NCBI GenBank assembly: GCA_035360515.1
Contig: DAOSAY010000009.1
Span: 7,674 to 71,673, forward strand
DNA: 64,000 nucleotides
Source of the DNA: Bacteroidales bacterium
GTDB taxonomy: Bacteria; Bacteroidota; Bacteroidia; Bacteroidales; VadinHA17
Direction: 5' to 3'
Positions 19,037 through 27,216 of the stretch are shown one piece after another (the first letter of the stretch is position 1; each line of letters begins with the position of its first letter). The position numbers and the translations under genes were made by a program. Under the pieces are notes generated by a model. That model saw nothing but the letters and a program-made list of their open reading frames with translations, was not told the origin of the DNA and did no database searches.

Positions 19037-20212
19037 TCAAAGAAGTCTTCTTGCCCTGCTTTCTGGAAGAAGTCTCATATTGTGTAAGTCAACATTTTCA
19101 ATCAGAACAAGCCCCGGCTTTTTACCAGGTTCGATTGAACCTGCCCACTTCGATTCGGATAGAGCAAGAGCACCGTTAAGTGTTGCCCATTTTGTAATAG
19201 TCTCTAAACTGAGGGAAGGAAAATTCATGCTCAGGGTTTTAAGCTCCGATAAAATACTAAGTTCATAGTTTGACGAAAGACTGTCGGTGCCAATAACAAC
19301 ATTGCAATTCTCTTCTGCCAGAAGTTCAACTGGAGGGAGCTTCCCCTCTATAAAAAGATTGGAGTTGGGGCAGATACAGTAATAAAGGTTTTCTCTTTTT
19401 CTCAATGCCTGAATATGTTGTCTTCTGATGAACGTGTTGTGAACAAGAATAAGACAACCTGATGCTGTTACTTCATCGAGCACAGCACTGATGGGATCTT
19501 TTACTGTAAGAGGCGTCATGCCGGCAGGAAGAAAATTTCTATATACATCCATAAGGGGACCCGAATGGCTTTCGAGAAATGAAATCTCACCTTCTGATTC
19601 AAGAAAATGTATTGAAGTAAGAGTGTTGCTCAGAGAATATTTTTTTATAAGTCTGAAGAGAGGAACTGGCACCGAATAAACAGAATGTGGAGTAAGATTC
19701 CATTTCAAACCGTATTTCTCTGCCATATCAGCAAGAAGCAGTGCCTCTTCAATTCTTTGCTGTGCTTTATTGTGGTCTATTCCAAATACTTCTATAAGAT
19801 TTGTGTATCTGATTGGGCTTTCTTTTTTCAATGGGAAAGTCAATGAAGAATTACATATATCGGCACACAGAACCACACCTTCATCGAACATGGCTTTATC
19901 TGCATTTAGCGCCATTTTTTCTTCCTCTCCGGCAATATTATACCTTATCCGGTCAAGTTCACGAAGGAAACCGTGCAAACCTGTTGATGGTGAAATTTTA
20001 TTATGCAGATAGGATAATTCGAGATGGCAGTGGCAATTGACAAAACCGGGAATTATTATTCCGTTGTAAAATTCGGTTAATTCACTTTCCCTCAGGTCTC
20101 CGCCTGTATCTTTAATACTTATAATTGTTCCGTCATCTTCTGTGCATATAACAGGACGTTTAAGGACTGGTCCGGAACATGTTATGACATATTGTGCCGA
20201 TATAAATCTCAT
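19037..20212 (-). CDS. Amidohydrolase-superfamily protein (chlorohydrolase/deaminase-like)
   Basis: PGFVNCHCHLELS contains the HxH metal motif, followed later by LVHNTF and IGTDS motifs. Confidence 0.7.
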   Translation of the reverse strand: MRFISAQYVITCSGPVLKRPVICTEDDGTIISIKDTGGDLRESELTEFYNGIIIPGFVNCHCHLELSYLHNKISPSTGLHGFLRELDRIRYNIAGEEEKMALNADKAMFDEGVVLCADICNSSLTFPLKKESPIRYTNLIEVFGIDHNKAQQRIEEALLLADMAEKYGLKWNLTPHSVYSVPVPLFRLIKKYSLSNTLTSIHFLESEGEISFLESHSGPLMDVYRNFLPAGMTPLTVKDPISAVLDEVTASGCLILVHNTFIRRQHIQALRKRENLYYCICPNSNLFIEGKLPPVELLAEENCNVVIGTDSLSSNYELSILSELKTLSMNFPSLSLETITKWATLNGALALSESKWAGSIEPGKKPGLVLIENVDLHNMRLLPESRARRLL

Positions 20213-22215
20213 TCGACTCCACCTTTAAAGACCCTTATGTTGGTAATTTTCACATGTTTTATCCACCTACCTGGCTGGGAATCGTGCTCAAGGAGCCAGC
20301 CGTTTATATGTGTGAAAGTAGAATCAGTTAGAGTGTTTTTTATTGTGTATGAATGTTTTTCACCGTCGCGTATATAGTAGGAAGGAGACCAGTAATTAAT
20401 TACCCCCTGCTTTGTGGAATCGGGCTTCCAGAAAAAAATTTTTGTTCTCAGATTAGTACTCTGATCATCAGGATAAACCTGTGCATCGAACATAAAGTAG
20501 TATGTCCCTGTATCTTTGACAGGTATGCTGAACCATAATTTATTGTGAACCCCGTCGGAAGGAACTGAGTATGAGGGACGCATATTCCACAGGTTGAAAG
20601 TGGGGGTCACACTGACTTCACTTTCAAGCCTTGACTGGAGCTCGCTCAGCCGGGCTATTACCTGATCGTAAATTTTTTCCAGTTTTTTGGGGTTATTCAT
20701 GAAATAGTACTTAAAAGTAAGGTCAACTTTCTCCTTTGTGTAACCGTGCGACCGGATTACATCAATATAATTTAGTGTTGAGTCTTTCATCTGATAAATT
20801 TCCTTAATAAGTGGAATCGACAGCAAACCATCAGAAATATAAAGGTCTGTAAGAAGGTTGACAAATTCTTTCTGAGGAATTATTTCACTCTTTTTGATTT
20901 TGTTTTCCTCAGATTTTGAGCAGGATACGGTCAATACTGAAGTAATTGCTACGATGAAAATAATTATACTTCTGAATGAAAGGTTAGATGCCTGTATTTT
21001 TTCTTTAAGGTATTTTTTTGAAAGATACCTTACCGGGTACCATGCTGCGAAGAAACCAATAGTAAGCACTGTGGCAGGTACAGCAATAAAATCTTTCAGT
21101 TTCAGCACTACAGGATATGCGTTAACGATAAGTGTTTCACTCTGAAGCTTTATCAGTCCGTACCTCTGCTGTGTCCAGCAAATTATAAATCCGAGTATTA
21201 AACCGGCCACGGTTCCGATTATTGAAATCAGCCATCCCTCCATAAGAAAAATTCTTTTAATAAGAAGATCGTCAGCTCCGAGGCTCCTGAGAATAATAAT
21301 ATCTTTTTCTTTTTCAATAATAAGCATTGTCAGTGAGCCGATAATATTAAATGAGGCAATGATAAGTATGAGAGTCAGGATAATGAAAATAGCCAGTCTT
21401 TCTGATCGCATTACCTTATAAAATATTTCTTTCTGCTCATATCTGTTTTTTATGTCAAAAGCATCTCCGAAGATCTCTTTCACTGCTTTCTGGACAGGTC
21501 CGATACCAACCTGTTTATTTACCCGGATATCTATAGAGCTTATTTCGGTTTCGTACTCAAGAATTTCACGGGCAAAATCGAGAGGTACAAAATAATATTT
21601 TGAGTCAAATTCATGTTCAATCTGGTAGATGCCCGAAGGGAATAAATATTTTTCGATGAAGGCATTTTCGGGGTTAAGGTTAACACTACCTGTGCGTTTA
21701 GGGACATAGACATGAAGAGGGGTAATAAAATTGACATTAATTCCCAGATAGCTGGCAACTCCTGCTCCCACAACGGCTTCAGGCCGACCACCAACACTTT
21801 GCAGCCGGTATTCACCCTCAACAATTATACTGTCGATACCTGTAACTTTTGAGTAGTTGTCATCTACTCCTCTTAATGATGCAATATACTGACGGTCACC
21901 ATATTTCAGAAGTGAGTTTTCCTCAAGGGTAAATGAATAGGCTTCAATGCCCGGTACTTTTGAAAGATTTAGGAGTTTTGAAGAGTCAGGTGTAAACACT
22001 TTGCCTTCTGCTGCGGTGATTCTCAAATCGGGATCGAAAACTGTAAAAATGCGGTTTATCAAATCCTCAAGGCCGTTGAATACTGAAAGAACAATTATAA
22101 GTGCCATTGTTCCAACGGTTACACCTGCAACTGAAACAGCTGATATGACATTGATGGCATTTCTCGATTTTTTTGCCAGCAAATATCTTGATGCTATGTA
22201 AATAGAAAACTTCAC
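20209..22215 (-). CDS. LolC/E-type FtsX-family permease fused in frame to a DUF4296-like former lipoprotein
   Basis: The first ~400 aa form a LolC/E-like protein (IASRYLLAKKSRNAINVIS, 4 TM, ends AAWYPVRYL). A signal-peptide-like helix with lipobox LTVSC (Cys codon 20920-20922) and a ~235-aa extra domain follow with no stop. GTG start overlaps the upstream stop (GTGA). Confidence 0.8.
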   Translation of the reverse strand: MKFSIYIASRYLLAKKSRNAINVISAVSVAGVTVGTMALIIVLSVFNGLEDLINRIFTVFDPDLRITAAEGKVFTPDSSKLLNLSKVPGIEAYSFTLEENSLLKYGDRQYIASLRGVDDNYSKVTGIDSIIVEGEYRLQSVGGRPEAVVGAGVASYLGINVNFITPLHVYVPKRTGSVNLNPENAFIEKYLFPSGIYQIEHEFDSKYYFVPLDFAREILEYETEISSIDIRVNKQVGIGPVQKAVKEIFGDAFDIKNRYEQKEIFYKVMRSERLAIFIILTLILIIASFNIIGSLTMLIIEKEKDIIILRSLGADDLLIKRIFLMEGWLISIIGTVAGLILGFIICWTQQRYGLIKLQSETLIVNAYPVVLKLKDFIAVPATVLTIGFFAAWYPVRYLSKKYLKEKIQASNLSFRSIIIFIVAITSVLTVSCSKSEENKIKKSEIIPQKEFVNLLTDLYISDGLLSIPLIKEIYQMKDSTLNYIDVIRSHGYTKEKVDLTFKYYFMNNPKKLEKIYDQVIARLSELQSRLESEVSVTPTFNLWNMRPSYSVPSDGVHNKLWFSIPVKDTGTYYFMFDAQVYPDDQSTNLRTKIFFWKPDSTKQGVINYWSPSYYIRDGEKHSYTIKNTLTDSTFTHINGWLLEHDSQPGRWIKHVKITNIRVFKGGVE

Positions 22216-23030
22216 TTTTCAGTTTTTATGGCCTTTATAAGTAAACCCGTTCCGGTTTTATGTACTGAATTCAGGTCAATTGTATTAAGAATTAAAGCTA
22301 GAGGCAGAACTATCACGAAATAAAAAGGTAACATAATGGCAAAAATAAGGGATTTGCCAAGTAACATAGCAGGGTACTTTACTGATATCAGCCACGATAC
22401 ATGTCCGGGTTTTCCGTATGTATAAGTTGTTTCAATGTTACTGAAACCTGCCGATTTAAGTTTATCTGTTATTTCTTCTGTGCTATAGCCGTTTCTTACA
22501 TGCTCGTCTATAAAAGACGGGTTTCCGGCTGAAGTTATTCCGGAGCCGCCTCTGTCGGAAGGTGTTGTAATAAGCAATACTCCTCCATTTTTGAGCGAGC
22601 TCCAGAAATTTTTGAAGACCTGAATATCATTTTCGATATGCTCAATCACATCAACCGATATAATCAGGTCGTACTGGTTTTCTTCCGAGTAATTTACAAG
22701 GTCAGCAACTTCAAAACTGATTCTGTTCCCCATTCCTGAGCGCCTGAAAAATTCATTACAGTCATTAACCTGTTCACTGATTATGTCAATTCCTTTTATT
22801 TTCCATCCCCTGAAATTTCTTGCCATCCACCATGTATGCTGGCCCATTCCCGAACCTGCATCGAGCACTGAAGCATCTGGAGGAAAGTTTTGTCCTAATT
22901 TCTTTAATGCCCTGCGAAAATGCCACGACCGGAGAAAAATAACACCAAGAGTGAAGTAAAACACCTTTCTGAGCAACGGCGATTTTTTAACTATTTTACC
23001 AGCCAGGTGTTTAAAGGGTTCAAAATGCAT
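22212..23030 (-). CDS. Class I SAM-dependent methyltransferase with C-terminal membrane segments
   Basis: Motif I VLDAGSGMGQ, then DLIISVDVIEH, and a hydrophobic C-terminal tail. Confidence 0.8.
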   Translation of the reverse strand: MHFEPFKHLAGKIVKKSPLLRKVFYFTLGVIFLRSWHFRRALKKLGQNFPPDASVLDAGSGMGQHTWWMARNFRGWKIKGIDIISEQVNDCNEFFRRSGMGNRISFEVADLVNYSEENQYDLIISVDVIEHIENDIQVFKNFWSSLKNGGVLLITTPSDRGGSGITSAGNPSFIDEHVRNGYSTEEITDKLKSAGFSNIETTYTYGKPGHVSWLISVKYPAMLLGKSLIFAIMLPFYFVIVLPLALILNTIDLNSVHKTGTGLLIKAIKTEK

Positions 23031-23034
23031 GCTA

Positions 23035-23373
23035 TCAGTGTTTCAGTAACTTTTCAATGTTATCGATGTAGTCGAGGCTGTCATCAATAAAATAAGCAAT
23101 TTCCGGTACTATTCTGAGCTGGGTTCTAATTTTTTGTCCCAGTTCGAAACGTATCCGTGATGAATGATCTTTAAGGGTGTTCAGTACTTCCTGCTTTTCG
23201 GCAGAAGGAAATATGCTAAGATACACTTTTGCCAGAGAAAGATCCGGGCTCATTCTTACAACTGTTACCGATATAAGTTTGCCCGGTGCCAGTTCATTTG
23301 TTTTTCTCTGCAAAATAGTGGCTATTTCTTTCTGAATCAGCCTTGAAACCTTTTTTTGCCTGGTCGATTCCAT
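23035..23373 (-). CDS. rbfA: Ribosome-binding factor A
   Basis: 112 aa. VSRLIQKEIATIL....VTVVRMSPDLSLAKVY...VPEIAYFIDDS fits RbfA. Confidence 0.9.
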   Translation of the reverse strand: MESTRQKKVSRLIQKEIATILQRKTNELAPGKLISVTVVRMSPDLSLAKVYLSIFPSAEKQEVLNTLKDHSSRIRFELGQKIRTQLRIVPEIAYFIDDSLDYIDNIEKLLKH

Positions 23374-23394
23374 ATCGGGCGTAATTTAAACGTT

Positions 23395-23402
23395 CAAAGG
23401 TA
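23395..23402 (-). promoter_or_regulatory. -7 promoter box (TACCTTTG) for the rbfA operon
   Basis: Exact TAnnTTTG on the minus strand, 21 nt upstream of ATG 23373. Confidence 0.4.
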
Positions 23403-23446
23403 CAAATACTTATTCAATAGATATTCGATGTGACCAGAAATGTAAG

Positions 23447-23454
23447 TAAATTTG
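23447..23454 (+). promoter_or_regulatory. -7 promoter box (TAAATTTG) for trpS
   Basis: Exact TAnnTTTG, 55 nt upstream of ATG 23510. Confidence 0.35.
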
Positions 23455-23509
23455 CACCATTGGAAATAAGAAAAAAAAGAATAGGTTTGCGAGATATTTT
23501 AAAAGTGAT

Positions 23510-24502
23510 ATGGATATAGTTGTTAGTGGAATAAGATCAACAGGGAAACTGCACCTTGGAAATTATTTCGGTGCAATCAGAAATTTTGTCAGGATGCAGA
23601 GGGAAAACAAGTGTTTCTTCTTTATTGCTGATTATCACTCTCTTACAACACACCCTAAACCTGATGATCTTCATGGGAATATTAAACAGGTTCTGGCAGA
23701 ATTTCTTGCCTGCGGAATAGATCCTGAGGTGGCTACAGTCTTTATTCAGAGCGATATTCCTGAGGTTCCGGAACTTTACCTTTTGCTCAACATGAATGCT
23801 TATGTTGGGGAGCTGCAGCGAACCACTTCTTTTAAGGAAAAGGTAAGAAAACAGCCAGATAATGTTAATGCAGGCCTGCTTACTTATCCTGTACTTATGG
23901 CAGCTGATATTATTATACACAAAGCCACAAAAGTCCCGGTTGGGAAAGATCAGGAACAGCACCTTGAAATGACGCGCAGGTTTGCCCGCCGTTTCAATAC
24001 AATGTACGGAGTAAACTATTTCCCTGAACCCGATGCTTATAATTTTGGAGAGAAACTTATTAAGATACCCGGGCTGGATGGCTCAGGCAAGATGGGTAAA
24101 AGCGATGACAATGGAATATATCTTTCAGATTCCCCGGAAGAAATAAGAAAAAAGGTGATGAAAGCCGTTACCGATGCAGGACCAACTGTTCCTAACCAGA
24201 AAATGTCGGTTCCGATTAAGAACCTCTTTACAATTATGAGCGTTGTATCTGACCCTGCTACAGTAAAATATTATAAGGAAAAATATGCTACATGTGAGAT
24301 CAGGTATGGGGAAATGAAAAAGCAGCTGGCTGAAGACATAATTAAATTCGTAACTCCAATAAGGGAAAGGATAATTCAGATATCATCCGACACGAAGTAT
24401 CTTGCAAAGGTTGTAGCAGAGGGTGCTGAAAAAGCAAGAGCAAGTGCTTCTGCAACTTTGAGGGATGTAAAGGAAATTATTGGTTACCGCAAATGGATAT
24501 AA
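23510..24502 (+). CDS. trpS: Tryptophanyl-tRNA synthetase
   Basis: Class I motifs TGKLHLGNYFGA (HIGH region) and KMGKS (KMSKS). Confidence 0.95.
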   Translation: MDIVVSGIRSTGKLHLGNYFGAIRNFVRMQRENKCFFFIADYHSLTTHPKPDDLHGNIKQVLAEFLACGIDPEVATVFIQSDIPEVPELYLLLNMNAYVGELQRTTSFKEKVRKQPDNVNAGLLTYPVLMAADIIIHKATKVPVGKDQEQHLEMTRRFARRFNTMYGVNYFPEPDAYNFGEKLIKIPGLDGSGKMGKSDDNGIYLSDSPEEIRKKVMKAVTDAGPTVPNQKMSVPIKNLFTIMSVVSDPATVKYYKEKYATCEIRYGEMKKQLAEDIIKFVTPIRERIIQISSDTKYLAKVVAEGAEKARASASATLRDVKEIIGYRKWI

Positions 24503-24510
24503 AATATTAA

Positions 24511-24531
24511 AGCCAGGTATCTGACCTGGCT
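24511..24531. terminator. Hairpin between convergent trpS and the TonB-dependent receptor gene
   Basis: AGCCAGGT-atctg-ACCTGGCT gives an 8-bp stem. A T-rich tract follows only on the minus-strand reading (TTTAATATTTT). Confidence 0.4.
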
Positions 24532-24646
24532 GCCCTGAAGAATCAAGTATATGATGGAGATTGCCTGCAACAATTTATGAACAAAATATGTGCCAAAGTA
24601 ATTAATATCTCTAATGAAACGTTGTGGCACAAAGAAGCTTGATTTA

Positions 24647-27058
24647 TTATAAAGTCACTCTGAGAGACAGAATGAAATTTCTCCCCGGGGCAACTATACC
24701 CCATGAATATGGCCGGTAACGGTAATCGAGAATATTTTCACATCCGGCGCTAAGTAAAACAATGCCAGGGATTGTATAACTGATTTTAAAGTTTATTGTA
24801 AACCAACCAGGCGACCATGGATTTCCGTTTATATCGGTCGCATAAATATAGGGTTTCTCTCTTTCTGAGGGCGGCATGTCAGAAAACTTTTTTGGACCAT
24901 TGTACACCGAGTACAAGTCTGCCTTTAATGACTGATTCTCAAATATAAGATGCGTTGAACCAAATAATGGGGCAGAGTGTCTCAAGGGGATATTCCCTTT
25001 TTCTCTTCCTTCTGTAACATTCAGCACTGACTTGAGATAAAAATGTCTCATAATATTTAAATAGACGTTTGCCGAAAAACCATAAACTCTGGCATAACTG
25101 GCATTTACAATTGCTTCTACCTTGCTTAATTGCCCCTGATACATAATTGAGTCTTCACCGTTGAAAAGAAAATCGTGCCTGACCATTGCATTATTCAGCC
25201 ATGTGAAAAAGCCCGAGAATTCGAAATGCAAAAATTTTCCGAAGTCTTTTTCAATTTCTGCGTCAATATTGTAAGCATATTCTGGTTTTAAATCCGGATT
25301 AGGTACAACCACTATTCCGGGTGCAGAATCAAATACTTTTCCAGCGTCATCAAGATTAGGTGCTCTGAATCCTGTTGAAGCATTAATGCTAAGGCAGGTT
25401 TTTTGACCCGGTCTGATCACAACACCGGCTGAGCCTGTAAGTGCACCGTTTGAAATATCAATTCTGGTAAATGGAAAATTATAGAATGAATTATCAGCGA
25501 TAGTTGAATTCAGTGTAACATAATTATACCTCAATCCTGAGCTGAATATTGTGCGGTCTGATAAATTTATTCTGTATCCTGCATATGCAGAATAACTGTT
25601 GTATCTGTTCTTTCCATTCGGATACCTGGACCCTGCCGGGGTCGTTTCAACAGTTAAAATATTTCTTAACCATGCCTCAGATTTTATGTTGTTGGTAACA
25701 AGCTCCAACCCGTAATATAACAAGCTTTTTCCTGAGGAACTCTTTCTGTCAAAATCGAGGTTGAGAGAAAATATCTTAACCTTTTCGAACTGCTCATTTA
25801 TGTTATATTTCCCGAATGCTCTGTCGTGGCGACTTTCGCGGTAGTTCTGATAAGCTGCTGTAAGTTTCAGATGGTTAAATAAAATATTTGGACTGGAATA
25901 ACTTACCTGAAGATTATTCATCATCCATACCTGGGGTCCATAATACCACTCCCCATACCTGAGAGTGCCCGATTTGTACTGAATAAGTCTGTCATATCGG
26001 GGCACATTAGAAAGGGCTGAAAAATGATTTGAGAAAACAACATCAAGGTTGTTGGAAAATCTGTATCTGAATTTGCCGGTTGTATTCAGCTGGCTGTAAC
26101 CCGAAGGAATCTGAACATCGGGATTAGAGTTTTTAATGATAGTATCCTTTTTGTTAATGTACATGGCATATTCAGGCCTTATATATTCAGGGTGTTTATG
26201 CGAACCCATCCTGAGGTCATCAAAACTTGAGTATGATATGGCGCCATAAAAACCAGCCTTTTTGAATCCCCCATTAATTTTTATTTGTGAACTTTTCTCA
26301 TTATTGGCTGAAGAGTACCTTATCATTGCACCAGCTTTAAAAAGAGGCTTATTAAAAGATGAGAGCATAACCTTATCGGTGTGGAAATCCATTACTCCAC
26401 CTATCGCGTCACTTCCATATACAATGGAACCGGGCCCAAATATAATCTCTGCTGATTCAATTACATTGGGATCGAGCGAAATGACATTCTGAATATTGCC
26501 TTCCCTGTAGATAGCATTATTCATTCTGACCCCGTCAACCACTATGAGAACACGGTTTGTTGCAAAGCCCCTGATCATCGGGCTGCCTCCGCCCAGCTGG
26601 CTTTTCTGAACAAAAACTTCATCTGATGAAGCTATCAGATCTGCAGCTGTCTGAGGATTATGAAACTTTATCAACCGGTCGGTTACAACAGCTATCCTGC
26701 CCGGTGTTTCACTCTTTCTTTGCTCCCTCCGACTTGCTGAAACAACAAATTCTTCTATTTCAAAAACTCTTTTCTTCAATTCTATAATATTCCCTGAGTT
26801 TCTAATTTCACCGGCAGTAACACATAATCTTTCAAATGAAACGAGATGAAAACAAATTGTCTGATTATCATTAAATTCCGAAATGTCAACAATTCCTGAC
26901 TGGCTGGTGTATGTTAGAAATTTCCCATCTTCAAGCATTATTGCAACATCAGGCAGAGGCTTTCCGTCATCAGCGTCAACAATTGTAATTTCCTGTGCTC
27001 CTGCAATTGCAACGGTGAATGATCCTGTTATAAATAAAGCTTTTAAGATCTTTATCAT
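24647..27058 (-). CDS. TonB-dependent receptor with N-terminal carboxypeptidase-regulatory-like domain
   Basis: Signal peptide, a CarboxypepD_reg-like segment (ITIVDADDGKPLPDVAIM), a plug region, and a long beta-barrel with alternating strands. The start is set at ATG 27058. Confidence 0.9.
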   Translation of the reverse strand: MIKILKALFITGSFTVAIAGAQEITIVDADDGKPLPDVAIMLEDGKFLTYTSQSGIVDISEFNDNQTICFHLVSFERLCVTAGEIRNSGNIIELKKRVFEIEEFVVSASRREQRKSETPGRIAVVTDRLIKFHNPQTAADLIASSDEVFVQKSQLGGGSPMIRGFATNRVLIVVDGVRMNNAIYREGNIQNVISLDPNVIESAEIIFGPGSIVYGSDAIGGVMDFHTDKVMLSSFNKPLFKAGAMIRYSSANNEKSSQIKINGGFKKAGFYGAISYSSFDDLRMGSHKHPEYIRPEYAMYINKKDTIIKNSNPDVQIPSGYSQLNTTGKFRYRFSNNLDVVFSNHFSALSNVPRYDRLIQYKSGTLRYGEWYYGPQVWMMNNLQVSYSSPNILFNHLKLTAAYQNYRESRHDRAFGKYNINEQFEKVKIFSLNLDFDRKSSSGKSLLYYGLELVTNNIKSEAWLRNILTVETTPAGSRYPNGKNRYNSYSAYAGYRINLSDRTIFSSGLRYNYVTLNSTIADNSFYNFPFTRIDISNGALTGSAGVVIRPGQKTCLSINASTGFRAPNLDDAGKVFDSAPGIVVVPNPDLKPEYAYNIDAEIEKDFGKFLHFEFSGFFTWLNNAMVRHDFLFNGEDSIMYQGQLSKVEAIVNASYARVYGFSANVYLNIMRHFYLKSVLNVTEGREKGNIPLRHSAPLFGSTHLIFENQSLKADLYSVYNGPKKFSDMPPSEREKPYIYATDINGNPWSPGWFTINFKISYTIPGIVLLSAGCENILDYRYRPYSWGIVAPGRNFILSLRVTL

Positions 27059-27077
27059 CAATGAAATTAAGGTTAAT

Positions 27078-27085
27078 CAAAAGTA
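27078..27085 (-). promoter_or_regulatory. -7 promoter box (TACTTTTG) for the TonB-dependent receptor gene
   Basis: Exact TAnnTTTG on the minus strand, 19 nt upstream of ATG 27058. A second match (TATCTTTG) lies at 27090-27097. Confidence 0.4.
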
Positions 27086-27170
27086 CCTGCAAAGATATTA
27101 ATAGTTTTAAGCCATTTCGTAACGGATGTTTGTTATAAGTTGAATGTCAGTTTTTTTATTATAAACTAAA

Positions 27171-27187
27171 TATATTTGATATTTTTG
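27171..27187 (+). promoter_or_regulatory. Tandem -7 promoter boxes (TATATTTG, TATTTTTG) for the 27217-33510 operon
   Basis: Two exact TAnnTTTG matches at 27171-27178 and 27180-27187, about 30 nt upstream of GTG 27217. Confidence 0.4.
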
Positions 27188-27216
27188 AGATTGTAAATTA
27201 AAGAAGGGTAAAAATT

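Noticed and set aside
24589-24631. Inverted repeat TGTGCCA...TGGCACA in the trpS/TonB-dependent receptor spacer
   Set aside because: It has only 7 bp with a 29-nt loop and no flanking U-tract or recognisable operator symmetry, so it is compatible with chance in a 144-nt spacer.
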